From: a virus
IMG/VR virus record: IMGVR_UViG_3300025834_000005
Strand: one strand, 5' to 3'
Length of the DNA: 64,000 bases
Shown piece after piece: positions 49,883-59,521 of the stretch. The first letter of the stretch is position 1. Each line of letters starts with the position of its first letter. Position numbers and translations under genes: made by a program. Below the pieces are notes generated by a model. It was not told the DNA's origin. It searched no databases and worked only from the letters and a program-made list of their open reading frames with translations.

Positions 49883-50626
49883 ATGAAAAAGAAATATGAA
49901 TTATACTTCGCCGAAAAGGAGGATCAAGCTGTAATAGACTATATAACAACTGATTCCGCTGAGGAAAAGAATAGAATTTACAATGAGATATTGGTTGTAC
50001 CATTTAGTAAAATGATACAATCAATACTTAGAAAGTATCCTATATATATTGGGAACTATGATGTGGCTGAGGTTGAGGAAAACGCTTTAACCCACCTCAT
50101 TGAGCAAATGGTTAAATATAAACCGAATACGATAACAAAGGCAGGGTTTAAAACAAAAGCTTTTAGTTATTGCCAGACGATTGTACGCAACTATTATAAG
50201 GATCATGGTAGAAAAAGCTACATTGATAAAAAAACAAATTTATCGTATGAAGATTATACCGACGATTTTGATAATAGCTCGTCATATGCGTATGAAATTG
50301 ACGGTGATAATAATGTCGATATTCTCGATAACCTTATTCAATCTATAATCACTGAAATCATTGAAAAAATATCACAGCCCAATATTAAGAAAAATGAGTT
50401 AATTGTTGGCGATGCTATTATTAATATTTTACAAAATTGGGAATCTCTATTTAAAGAGGAAACACCTGATGGTAAATATAATAAGAGAGTTAGTAATATT
50501 TTTGCGAAAAATAAAATACTTCTATACCTGAAAGAGATAACAAATTTATCAACTAAAGAGATTAGAGTAGCCATTAAGCCTTTTAAAGAACTGTATTATA
50601 TGAAGAAACAGAGTTTTTTCTTGTAA
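49883..50626 (+). CDS. Phage-encoded sigma-70-family-like (ECF-like) transcription factor
   Basis: 247 aa. The region-2-like stretch ...AFSYCQTIVRNYYKDHGRK resembles F..wl..I..N...D..Rk. The region-4-like HTH is ...LYLKEITNLSTKEIRVAIKPF. Confidence 0.55.
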   Translation: MKKKYELYFAEKEDQAVIDYITTDSAEEKNRIYNEILVVPFSKMIQSILRKYPIYIGNYDVAEVEENALTHLIEQMVKYKPNTITKAGFKTKAFSYCQTIVRNYYKDHGRKSYIDKKTNLSYEDYTDDFDNSSSYAYEIDGDNNVDILDNLIQSIITEIIEKISQPNIKKNELIVGDAIINILQNWESLFKEETPDGKYNKRVSNIFAKNKILLYLKEITNLSTKEIRVAIKPFKELYYMKKQSFFL

Positions 50627-50639
50627 AATCATTTCTCAA

Positions 50640-50649
50640 GTATTTATAT
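50640..50649 (+). promoter_or_regulatory. Phage-specific (late-type) promoter motif GTATTTATAT
   Basis: The only plus-strand copy. It lies 14 nt upstream of the ATG at 50664 (baseplate hub operon), so the motif orientation follows gene orientation. Confidence 0.6.
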
Positions 50650-50663
50650 TTAAATAAGAAATA

Positions 50664-51026
50664 ATGACAAGACCTGTAAGAAAAAGAATTAAGTTTGATG
50701 AGGATAGCATGAATGATCTTTTACAAGAGATTTATGATGACTCTCATAATATTAGACAGAAAGCCATTAGATTATTTAATAAGTGGGAAATAAAGATTAA
50801 GGAAACTGGCGAGGTTGCCGCTATCGGTGATCAGCTGATAAAACTTATAGCAGCTGAAGCTAAAAATCAGGATCAGAAAATTCTACTTTTAAAATATTTG
50901 AAGGAAGTTGTCTTTGACTCAAAAAGCAAGGAAGTTGTTGGCGATGAGGATAAAGGCGTCGTTAGTAATGAGCGTAAGCAAGCTTTAATTGATATGGTTC
51001 ATGATGAGTTAGATAAAAGGTTATAA
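50664..51026 (+). CDS. Hypothetical protein (first gene after the plus-strand GTATTTATAT motif)
   Basis: 120-aa helical protein. The motif at 50640-50649 lies 14 nt upstream. Confidence 0.5.
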   Translation: MTRPVRKRIKFDEDSMNDLLQEIYDDSHNIRQKAIRLFNKWEIKIKETGEVAAIGDQLIKLIAAEAKNQDQKILLLKYLKEVVFDSKSKEVVGDEDKGVVSNERKQALIDMVHDELDKRL

Positions 51027-51028
51027 TT

Positions 51029-52327
51029 ATGAGTATCGGCGAAAGAAAGCAAAGTATTTTCAATACTATAGGTGCGCTTTCGTCATTACATGATGAAAAT
51101 GAAATTAAAAGGTTAAAAAAGACCTATAGTTCCATAAAAACAAAATCTAATGACGAAATCGCTTTTCTACTTGACATACTAAAACAAGTGGTTGGCGGAG
51201 CATTGCTTAAGCAAATGATAGGCGGATTATTAACAGACTTTTTTACGAAGGTTGAAACTGAGATGAGAACGCCTCTTAAGAAACAGTTTATCCAAGGCAA
51301 TAGCAATAGTCCTATACCCTCTTCTTTCACAGACGGCATAAGAGTCCCATTAAAAAATATTGATCCATATTCTAAGTTTAAAATAAAAACAGGCACAGTA
51401 GCTGACACTTTAAAATTCAACGCTGTGCCTGATTTTGATACAAAGGTTAGGGAAGCTGTATTATCGCAAGTTCCGAACATACCTTACCATAATCTTTTAA
51501 TAACATTCGATCAATCAACACAATCATTAATTTTTAAGCCTGATTTATCGTCTGCAACTATTGGCGAATGGTTTGCTAATTATATTGATACCGTCTCATT
51601 GATTAATAAACAAGAGGTTGTTACAAATGTTCTTGATGCTATTTTTGGTACTATAACAAAGTCGGAGGATAAAAGCATTGATCAGATATTAAATGAGCTG
51701 AAGGCTCAGCAGGCTTTAAATAATTTGATTGATGGTAATAATGATCCATTGGATTTGACACGATTAGCTAATGACGCAAATAATATAAAAAACGGCACAG
51801 CTGAATATGATATGGGTTGCGGCTATATTTATAGTAGCAGTACAACTGAATTTTTTTCAGGTGCAACAGTAAATATTACAACATCGACAGACCCTATATT
51901 CGTTGGCGATACTTTTGAGTCTTTTATAACTCAAGACGCCTCGAATAAATCGATTATAGATGATAATGCATCATCTGTTCGAGATAATTTTTTCACTAAG
52001 ATTATTAATATGATTAAGGGGAAGATTATAAATGCATTGGTGTTATCACCACAAATTATAGCATTAAGATCGATATCATCAACACTTTCATCTGGCGTTA
52101 CATCAACATCTGATAATATTTTAAGTGAGATTGATAATTCGAAGCAATTTATAAAATGTATAGCACCTGTGTTTATTAGTATGATGGTTGATTATATATA
52201 CGTTATCGTGGTGTCCGAATTGTCTAAATTATTAACACCTATAATCACAAAATTAGTGAAAGAGAAAACCAATCAGGTGAAAAGAATTATAAGAAGCCTA
52301 ATTCCAACAAAAATAATTAAGATATGA
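51029..52327 (+). CDS. Hypothetical virion/baseplate-associated protein with a hydrophobic C-terminal region
   Basis: 432-aa ORF in the late operon upstream of the spike gene. The C-terminal segment is hydrophobic (FIKCIAPVFISMMVDYIYVIVVSEL). Confidence 0.45.
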   Translation: MSIGERKQSIFNTIGALSSLHDENEIKRLKKTYSSIKTKSNDEIAFLLDILKQVVGGALLKQMIGGLLTDFFTKVETEMRTPLKKQFIQGNSNSPIPSSFTDGIRVPLKNIDPYSKFKIKTGTVADTLKFNAVPDFDTKVREAVLSQVPNIPYHNLLITFDQSTQSLIFKPDLSSATIGEWFANYIDTVSLINKQEVVTNVLDAIFGTITKSEDKSIDQILNELKAQQALNNLIDGNNDPLDLTRLANDANNIKNGTAEYDMGCGYIYSSSTTEFFSGATVNITTSTDPIFVGDTFESFITQDASNKSIIDDNASSVRDNFFTKIINMIKGKIINALVLSPQIIALRSISSTLSSGVTSTSDNILSEIDNSKQFIKCIAPVFISMMVDYIYVIVVSELSKLLTPIITKLVKEKTNQVKRIIRSLIPTKIIKI

Positions 52328-52713
52328 GCATAGAATCTATAATCGATAGCATATCCAAATTGCTTAACATAAATATCAGTTCAGCACCGACTGTCCCAAC
52401 ACCTTTAATTTTAACAGGCGTCGGAAACAGATCAGGATTATCGCCGATAAAGATTGCTTCGAGAATTATAGCCAGAAAAGCTGAGGCTGGTTTGCCAGTT
52501 GGTGTGTTATCGACAGGTGAAGCCGCTCCCGATGAAATAATGGAAAGAATTAGAGTTGAGGAGATAATTAGAGCACTTCAGGAAGAGGCTATCATATTGA
52601 TAGCCATACCCCCAGGCATTCCGATTAATGCGACAGGTACATCACCAGCAGGCCCTGTAACCGTACTCGGATCAACCGTAAAAATATCAGGTGGTAAAGG
52701 AATAATACTATAA
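52324..52713 (+). CDS. Hypothetical protein
   Basis: 129-aa ORF with a 4-nt overlap with the upstream gene. In the late baseplate operon. Confidence 0.45.
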   Translation: MSIESIIDSISKLLNINISSAPTVPTPLILTGVGNRSGLSPIKIASRIIARKAEAGLPVGVLSTGEAAPDEIMERIRVEEIIRALQEEAIILIAIPPGIPINATGTSPAGPVTVLGSTVKISGGKGIIL

Positions 52714-52714
52714 T

Positions 52715-52933
52715 ATGGAGACTTTAACAGAATATACACCAACAGAATTGCTTCATGAAATTAATATCGTTAAAGCATCTCATGAGAGATTAAAAAATGA
52801 TGTTATCGAGCTAACTCAAGTTATTGACGAGACAACGATACTTATTAACAATAAATTGGATTTTATAAGAGACCTTGAGAAGAGATATATTGAGCTTATT
52901 GATGAAATGAATGACAGAAATTTAATCGAATAA
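52715..52933 (+). CDS. Hypothetical small coiled-coil protein
   Basis: 72-aa ORF, tightly packed between neighbours. Confidence 0.4.
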   Translation: METLTEYTPTELLHEINIVKASHERLKNDVIELTQVIDETTILINNKLDFIRDLEKRYIELIDEMNDRNLIE

Positions 52934-52935
52934 AA

Positions 52936-53823
52936 ATGTATACCGAAAAAACAATACATACAAATAGGATATTCACAAGCGGTGCTGACCATAGTGATAA
53001 TACGAGATCAATCTATTATGGCGAGGTTATATCCATTGATGACCCTACCGATGGCGGTAGAATAAAGGTAAAAATACTTGAATTAGATAATAAAATCGCT
53101 GAAAAAGAATTACCTTATTGTAGTCCTATTTTACCTAAGTATATTCATTTATATCCTAAAATAGGTGAAGTTGTTAGAGTTTTTATAATGGATGTTAAAT
53201 ATCCTAATAGAAATAGATTATGGCTTGGTAGTGTCATATCACAACCTCAGAAAATAGAATTCGATTCAGTATACACAGCATTATCAACCACTGAAATGGG
53301 TATGATTGAGCCGTTAAAGTCAATTAAGACGAACCCAAATGCTAAGGATGTGTTTCCAGATAGTGAAGATATTGGTATTATAGGTAGAGTTAATACAGAT
53401 GTGATTCTAAAAAAGAATCAGGTTGTGATAAGAGCTGGAAAACATGTCAATGGCGATATAACTACTCTCAATACAACGAACCCAGCTGCGTTGATAATGA
53501 CATTTGAGCCAAAAATTAATAGTACAGATTATTATAGTAGTTCAATTTTAATGTCGGATAAAATTGCTTTATTATCTCACGATGGAAATCCTAATTTTAA
53601 GCCATCGAGACTTACGGCACAGGATAGGATTAATATATTTGAAAATGGTCACCCGATAGGTAGAGGTGATGTTATTCTACAAATTTTTGAAATGTTTAAA
53701 AAGGCATTATTAACACATAGACATGGTTACTCAAATACTCCGCCGTTAGCTGAACCCTTATTAACGGATATTGAGAAATTTGAATTAGAAAAACTTCTAC
53801 AGAAAAATATCGTAACAAATTAA
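52936..53823 (+). CDS. Baseplate central spike/hub protein (gpV / gp5 OB-fold, VgrG-like N-terminal domain)
   Basis: 295 aa. YYGEVISIDDPTDGGRIKVKILELD...LPYCSPILPKYIHLYPKIGEVVRVFIMD matches the Phage_base_V/gp5 OB-fold pattern (G.V...dDP...gRvkV......wa.p.....P.vGd.V.v.F). Confidence 0.7.
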   Translation: MYTEKTIHTNRIFTSGADHSDNTRSIYYGEVISIDDPTDGGRIKVKILELDNKIAEKELPYCSPILPKYIHLYPKIGEVVRVFIMDVKYPNRNRLWLGSVISQPQKIEFDSVYTALSTTEMGMIEPLKSIKTNPNAKDVFPDSEDIGIIGRVNTDVILKKNQVVIRAGKHVNGDITTLNTTNPAALIMTFEPKINSTDYYSSSILMSDKIALLSHDGNPNFKPSRLTAQDRINIFENGHPIGRGDVILQIFEMFKKALLTHRHGYSNTPPLAEPLLTDIEKFELEKLLQKNIVTN

Positions 53824-53826
53824 AAC

Positions 53827-53861
53827 AAAAAAAAATCGTATAAATAATATACGATTTTTTT
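53827..53861. terminator. Bidirectional intrinsic terminator
   Basis: AAAAAAAAATCGTATA-aataa-TATACGATTTTTTT lies between the convergent spike gene (+) and the tube gene (-). Confidence 0.7.
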
Positions 53862-53875
53862 GTTTGTTTAGTCTG

Positions 53876-54364
53876 TTATACGTTAAGTATGCATCTCCAA
53901 GGTTGAATTTTTACATTCACTGTAGCAAGACCGTCATCATCATAACTGTTTTCTCCGAAGTCAATGGATACGATCTGGCACTGCTCTAACAACCATTTTT
54001 CAACCTCAACACCTGTTGGGTCGAGAGCGAACACTAAAAGGTCTTTTTTATATCCAGCAGCATAACCCATACGTCCAGTTAATGACTCTACATGAAGACG
54101 AGTCCATTCCATAAGTTGCTGTGAAGTCGATGGCCCGATTACATCAAGGAATGTAAGGTCAATCTCTTGCCAAGCATATGCACCTGCGACATAATTTGTC
54201 TCATTCATAAACTTGACCTCTGTTTTATTTATGTTCAATGCTGGTCTTTTTGCTTTCTGAATAGACCATACTTCAATTCCTAATTCGTCTGGAAAACGTA
54301 CATAGAATCTGTTTATGCGTTTTGGTTCATATGCTAAAGGAATCCCCCTAATTAAATCTGCCAT
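53876..54364 (-). CDS. Tail tube protein (T4 gp19-like)
   Basis: 162 aa, immediately downstream of the sheath gene. The N-terminal ...PKRINRFYVRFPDELG...VWSIQKAKRPALNINKTEV... is typical of the gp19 tube family. GTATTTATAT motif upstream. Confidence 0.75.
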   Translation of the reverse strand: MADLIRGIPLAYEPKRINRFYVRFPDELGIEVWSIQKAKRPALNINKTEVKFMNETNYVAGAYAWQEIDLTFLDVIGPSTSQQLMEWTRLHVESLTGRMGYAAGYKKDLLVFALDPTGVEVEKWLLEQCQIVSIDFGENSYDDDGLATVNVKIQPWRCILNV

Positions 54365-54377
54365 GTTATCAATTTTT

Positions 54378-54387
54378 ATATAAATAC
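54378..54387 (-). promoter_or_regulatory. Phage-specific (late-type) promoter motif GTATTTATAT
   Basis: Exact 10-mer, 13 nt upstream of the tail tube ATG (54364) and directly after the post-sheath hairpin. Confidence 0.6.
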
Positions 54388-54397
54388 TTATTTTTTT

Positions 54398-54436
54398 AAA
54401 AATTGAGCTTATAAAATATTCATAAGCTCAATTTTT
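54398..54436 (-). terminator. Hairpin + U5 between the sheath and tube genes (probable attenuating terminator)
   Basis: AAAAATTGAGCTTAT-(9-nt loop)-ATAAGCTCAATTTTT. It is followed on the minus strand by the late motif for the tube gene. Confidence 0.6.
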
Positions 54437-54438
54437 GT

Positions 54439-57222
54439 TTAAATCTCTGAAAACGATGCGCCAGATGCTGCAATCGTGAAACCGATTCCGATCTTTTCAA
54501 GTGAACGAGTAGGTTTTAAATAAATCTCACCATATAACTCATTTCTATCTAAAGACTCAGGAGTGTTTAAAGTTTCATCCATTACAACCTTAAATTCTAA
54601 CAAACCTCTTTCTCTTTTTATACCATCCAAAATCGGATTTGTTTTTAATTTGAATTGATCGATAGTGGCTTGATCGTTTTGATCAAATATAAGTCTCATG
54701 GCAATGTTTGAAATTAATACTTTAACCTGAAGTAATAATCTTCTAACGTTTATTCTATCAAGAGCACTTTCTCTAATCTGTAATGTTTTCTGACCAAAAA
54801 TAGCTGTGCCAGTGTTTGTGAAATCTACCATAGGATTGATTCTACCTTTGCCGAGAATATCACGAGCATCTTGACTTAGTTTATATTTCGATCTTCTCGC
54901 ATCGGTAACACCACGTTCTAAACCAGCTGGTGCAAACCAAGGTGCTTTTTTTGTATCAGTATAAGCGATTGCTTTAACAACCTCACCTGTAGGTGGAAGA
55001 TACACATTTACATTATTCTGAGTATCTTTAACCTGAACATATGGGAAATATGTGCATGCGTAGCTACTATCAATACCTGTACTATCCAAAAGATCAACAA
55101 TATCATTCGATGCTACAACATCTGTATTATTATTATCGCCGATTGCCATTGATATATCAATGTTTGGTGCATCGATAATATATAAGCTATCTGTTCTCTG
55201 TTCTTCGATCATTTCAATGGTTTTTGTAACCAATGTTGTATTATCTGACCAGTTGATTGCAGGTGTTGCAAATATGTTTATCGTTACCTTCTCAGGGTTT
55301 GAATATGTATTTATAGCAGTTTCCCATGCCTGATAGTCATTTGACGGTGTAATTCCATCATCTACGCCATCATATAAAGCAGACTTGTTGTAAAGGTCTG
55401 TATTGGTGCGGAAAGTTCTGTTAATATCCCATCCATCAAATCCACCAGAAAGTGCAAATGTAAATTTTCTTGTTTTTATAGAGTAGTATGCATTTGATTG
55501 ACTGAAAACATCAAATACTGTTTTAAAGCTGCTTACGCCAACTTCAAATTCAACAGGTTCAAGGGTATTTGTTAATACACTTGCAGCATCTACGTCCATG
55601 TGGAAACCCTTAGTTTTTGTAAAACCAGTAGGATTGCTTTCGCCACTCTTCCATCCGTTAAAATTAAACATATTCTGATTAATACCCGAACCTGCGGTAC
55701 TTGTTGTACTATAAGCTGTGTTAGATATTCCTAAATAAGTTTTAGCAACCTTATCAGTGTATGTGTAGTTTGATTTGTAGTGAATTTTTGGTGATATGAT
55801 ACCATTATTATAAGTATTGAACATATAACCTTCAAATCCAGCTGGAAATGATTCAGGAGTAATGCTATCAGCTAATTCAATCATAACATAGCTGCTCATA
55901 AGATCGTAATTCTCATCAATAGTCCCGATTCTCTTACCAATATAATTGGTTTTTGTTTGGATCAGTGAACACCTTGAAAATGATTCAAGTACATTTGGAT
56001 TCGCATCTGTGTCATAGAATGATCTAATCAATACATCAAATTCAAGAGATTCTGGGTTAATATTTACAATACTAACTTTAATTTCTTGATTAGCAGAGTC
56101 ACCGTCAGAAATTGAGATAAATCTAAACAATCTATCAACAATATTACCTTTTAATTGAGATACTACCCAAGGTGATTCAGGTGTTTTAAACATTGTTTTA
56201 CGATTCGTAAAGATATCGTTTGTATGTTTTGTAACGATATCAGATACCCCAAAAGCATATGGAGATACGCCAGATAAATTTGTATCTGATGTAAAATCAA
56301 TACCATCAACATCTAAAGTCTTGATAAGGTCTGGATATACAGATTCTACCCAAATATGTGTCTGTTTATCTGTTGGCGTTGTGCCTAATACATTTGAAAT
56401 GAAATTACTGCTATTAGGATTTAAAGACACATTATATGTGGCTGTTCCACCAGTTGGTAGATCAGAATTAATTGCTAATGTAGCTGTTATTGTGAATTCG
56501 CCAAATAAGTCTCCAGATAAATCATTAGTGTTATTAGTTGTTATGTTAATGTCTGTTACAGCAAATATAGTGCTTGATGGTGCATTTACGCCGTCGATTA
56601 CAACCGCCTTACTTCTAAGAACAGCTAATACCATGTTTTGATGATCAGCATAAGGCGCACCTGTCAAAGTTGTTTTTACGAATGAGACAGTGCCTATTTT
56701 TCCTGTAATGGCTGTAACTTCGAAAGTATAATAATCACCTGCAAATGTTCCTAAATTTAAGCCAAAACCATTGAAGGTATTACCTGTCTGACCTATAGAC
56801 GTTAAATTTACGCCATAAAAAGTACCATCAGTGAATCCTGATGTACCACTAACAACTGTCGTACCTGACACTGTTGAAGGGTCAACGCCAGCATTTAGGA
56901 CAACTGTCCAAGCAGCACCAGCATCATATCCTGACAACCCTAATACTCTGGTAACCCATAGTTGATTAGACTCCTGTAAATATGAATTGGCAACATATGG
57001 TAATTGATATCTTAAGTTTCCATTACTATATTTAGAAGTATCTTGTCCTCCAAATTTATTTAAAAATTGAGGTCTATCTTCGATGTAAAATGGCTCGAAT
57101 GCAGGGCCTTTTAACGTTTCGCCCACAAGTCCAAGCGTTGTAACACCAACATTACGAGTAACATAGGTTAGATCACGTTCCTTAAACTTGACCCCAGGCG
57201 AGGTAAAAATAAATTCAGTCAT
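54439..57222 (-). CDS. Contractile tail sheath protein
   Basis: 927 aa. The N-terminal FTSPGVKFKERDLT and the C-terminal ...INPMVDFTNTGTAIFGQKTLQIRESALDRINVRRLLLQVK match conserved sheath termini. Confidence 0.85.
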   Translation of the reverse strand: MTEFIFTSPGVKFKERDLTYVTRNVGVTTLGLVGETLKGPAFEPFYIEDRPQFLNKFGGQDTSKYSNGNLRYQLPYVANSYLQESNQLWVTRVLGLSGYDAGAAWTVVLNAGVDPSTVSGTTVVSGTSGFTDGTFYGVNLTSIGQTGNTFNGFGLNLGTFAGDYYTFEVTAITGKIGTVSFVKTTLTGAPYADHQNMVLAVLRSKAVVIDGVNAPSSTIFAVTDINITTNNTNDLSGDLFGEFTITATLAINSDLPTGGTATYNVSLNPNSSNFISNVLGTTPTDKQTHIWVESVYPDLIKTLDVDGIDFTSDTNLSGVSPYAFGVSDIVTKHTNDIFTNRKTMFKTPESPWVVSQLKGNIVDRLFRFISISDGDSANQEIKVSIVNINPESLEFDVLIRSFYDTDANPNVLESFSRCSLIQTKTNYIGKRIGTIDENYDLMSSYVMIELADSITPESFPAGFEGYMFNTYNNGIISPKIHYKSNYTYTDKVAKTYLGISNTAYSTTSTAGSGINQNMFNFNGWKSGESNPTGFTKTKGFHMDVDAASVLTNTLEPVEFEVGVSSFKTVFDVFSQSNAYYSIKTRKFTFALSGGFDGWDINRTFRTNTDLYNKSALYDGVDDGITPSNDYQAWETAINTYSNPEKVTINIFATPAINWSDNTTLVTKTIEMIEEQRTDSLYIIDAPNIDISMAIGDNNNTDVVASNDIVDLLDSTGIDSSYACTYFPYVQVKDTQNNVNVYLPPTGEVVKAIAYTDTKKAPWFAPAGLERGVTDARRSKYKLSQDARDILGKGRINPMVDFTNTGTAIFGQKTLQIRESALDRINVRRLLLQVKVLISNIAMRLIFDQNDQATIDQFKLKTNPILDGIKRERGLLEFKVVMDETLNTPESLDRNELYGEIYLKPTRSLEKIGIGFTIAASGASFSEI

Positions 57223-57255
57223 ATCTTATTGTTTAATTTTTATTAATTATTTTAT

Positions 57256-57265
57256 ATATAAATAC
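57256..57265 (-). promoter_or_regulatory. Phage-specific (late-type) promoter motif GTATTTATAT
   Basis: Exact 10-mer, 33 nt upstream of the sheath ATG (57222). Confidence 0.55.
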
Positions 57266-57372
57266 TATTTATTACGCTAAAAGATTGAATTACAAAAAAA
57301 TTTGTTAGCGAATTGATGTCGCTTTTTTATAAAAAACAAAAACGAGTATTTATCATTGAATATATAAATAGT

Positions 57373-59517
57373 ATGAATAAAACGAGTGTAATAGTTTCAG
57401 GCACAACTAATGATGATAAATATATTAAGCTTAAATTAGAGCAAGACGTTAAATCGTTAGAAGTCCTTAGTTTAAGCATTTCCACGAGTGATGTATATCA
57501 GGATTTTAATTCAAATTATGGCATTTTAGTCGGCAGAGTAAATGGTAACGATAGCGTGGGTATCCCCAATGCAAAAATATCTGTTTTTATTCCTTTAACC
57601 GATGAAGATTCCACAAATAGTGTGATTAAAGGTTTATATCCTTACACTAATCCACGAATGAAAAATATAGATGGGAAACGATATAATTTATTGCCACGTG
57701 TTGGTAAAAGCAATCCAGTTACAGGCATCGTAGCACCTATGCAGCCATTTGGGTCATTTCCAATTAAGGAGGAGGTTATCACAAGTGAATCATTTATGGG
57801 CGTTTATAAGAAGTACTATAAATATACAGCCATTACTAACGATTCAGGTGATTATATGATATTTGGCGTACCTATTGGTCAGCAAACCGTACATTTAAGC
57901 GTAGATATTACCGATATAGGTAAATACTCAATGACGCCAGCTGCAATGGTTATAAACCTTGGTTATTCTCCTAATCTATTCTATAATAATAGAACAAGAA
58001 TCAAGGAAAGTAATGATCTAAATGACTTGCCTAATATTGAAACACAAGAAGTTGGTGTGGACATTGTTCCATTTTGGGGCGATACAGTAAATTATGAGAT
58101 AGGTATTACTCGACAGGATTTTAAAATAAGATCAATACTTGCCAATACATTCACATTATTCGGCTCTATATTTACTGATGGAGAACTATCATCATGGGGT
58201 GCTGACGAGGCTGAGAATAATAGATTAATACGTGAGTTATATAATTTAAGATCTATAAATGGCGACGATGGCTTATTTAATGTGGGTATAGCATCAAAAA
58301 GAAATGCTATCGTTACAGAAAAAATATACTATTATCCTTCGGATATCACTGATGATGATATTACTTCTGGCAGAGCAACATCACGAAATATGGCTGTTTT
58401 AGATAAAAATGAATATTCATCATATTATAAGAACGGTTCATTTGCGTTTATTGTTAATTGTAATCGACGTAAAGTAATAACAGATAAGTTAGGTAATGAA
58501 ACCGTTGTCGATAATAACTTTAATGGTGGTATTTACACCAGATTTAGAGGTTTTGCTACATTTGAAATTAGTGATAGATTTGCTCCGTTAAACCTCGATG
58601 ATGAGATTGGTCATGCGACAAGACTTAGATCGTTCAGATATAAGTTGAAAGTACCTCAATCAGCCGCACAAAATAATTCTTTCAAACAGTTTAATCCTGA
58701 TGGTAGCGAATCAAGTGGAACAACTGCTTGGCGTAAACAGGATTATGTTTTTACAGGTGGTACTTATTACAGCGTTGCTAAATTTCATGGTATGGTGTAT
58801 AATGATCAGGATGATTCACAGGGTAGAGATTTGAATAATGGATACTTAGACCTTGATAAAGTTAATAACGGTACTTTTTACTATAGACATAATGTTGGAA
58901 TCATTCAAACAGATGATTCGATAGTGATTAATCCTGTTACAACAGGTAGCACTTCTGGCGATACACCTTTAGAGAATCATTTATATAATTTTCCATCAAA
59001 TATAACCAATGGCGGACATAAATATTTTGGCGGTAACTGGCTTAATTTTTCGTTACATTTTCCGCAGGTTGGATATTGTTATACTGGTTACAGTAATATA
59101 AGAAGTATGAGATCAACAACGAATTTTACTCCCGATTGTACAGCTCCTTTCTTTTTTGAGGATAATGATCAGGAAATAGCAGCTGGTGAGACAAATACAC
59201 GAGGGTTTGCACGTTCAGATTTACATTTTACATCATTTGTAAATATAGATAAAGCAGATTTACTTAATTTTGTTGAGGTTTATAATACTACAGGTGGAAC
59301 TATAAACGGCTTTACTGATCTTGATGTTTCTGGATTAACATCACTCTCATCTTTTAAAAATGGCTCTGATGATTGTCCTGTTAACATGAGCGGAGTGAAA
59401 ACAGGTGGTAAAATAAATTCAGACCCAGCGCAATCCATTGACCCTCGTACTTATTTCTTCAAGGGACTTGGCGTTTCAGATTGCTTTAGACTTTTAAGAG
59501 AGATTGGCATAATATAA
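57373..59517 (+). CDS. Structural protein with an N-terminal carboxypeptidase-regulatory-like (transthyretin-like) domain
   Basis: LVGRVNGNDSVGIPNAKISVFIP and YKYTAITNDSGDYMIFGVPIGQQTVHLS match the CarboxypepD_reg pattern. I prefer the start at ATG 57373 (MNKTSVIV...), 17 nt downstream of the variant motif GTATTTATCA (57346-57355). The ORF track extends the ORF to a TTG at 57313. Confidence 0.5.
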   Translation: MNKTSVIVSGTTNDDKYIKLKLEQDVKSLEVLSLSISTSDVYQDFNSNYGILVGRVNGNDSVGIPNAKISVFIPLTDEDSTNSVIKGLYPYTNPRMKNIDGKRYNLLPRVGKSNPVTGIVAPMQPFGSFPIKEEVITSESFMGVYKKYYKYTAITNDSGDYMIFGVPIGQQTVHLSVDITDIGKYSMTPAAMVINLGYSPNLFYNNRTRIKESNDLNDLPNIETQEVGVDIVPFWGDTVNYEIGITRQDFKIRSILANTFTLFGSIFTDGELSSWGADEAENNRLIRELYNLRSINGDDGLFNVGIASKRNAIVTEKIYYYPSDITDDDITSGRATSRNMAVLDKNEYSSYYKNGSFAFIVNCNRRKVITDKLGNETVVDNNFNGGIYTRFRGFATFEISDRFAPLNLDDEIGHATRLRSFRYKLKVPQSAAQNNSFKQFNPDGSESSGTTAWRKQDYVFTGGTYYSVAKFHGMVYNDQDDSQGRDLNNGYLDLDKVNNGTFYYRHNVGIIQTDDSIVINPVTTGSTSGDTPLENHLYNFPSNITNGGHKYFGGNWLNFSLHFPQVGYCYTGYSNIRSMRSTTNFTPDCTAPFFFEDNDQEIAAGETNTRGFARSDLHFTSFVNIDKADLLNFVEVYNTTGGTINGFTDLDVSGLTSLSSFKNGSDDCPVNMSGVKTGGKINSDPAQSIDPRTYFFKGLGVSDCFRLLREIGII

Positions 59518-59521
59518 AACT

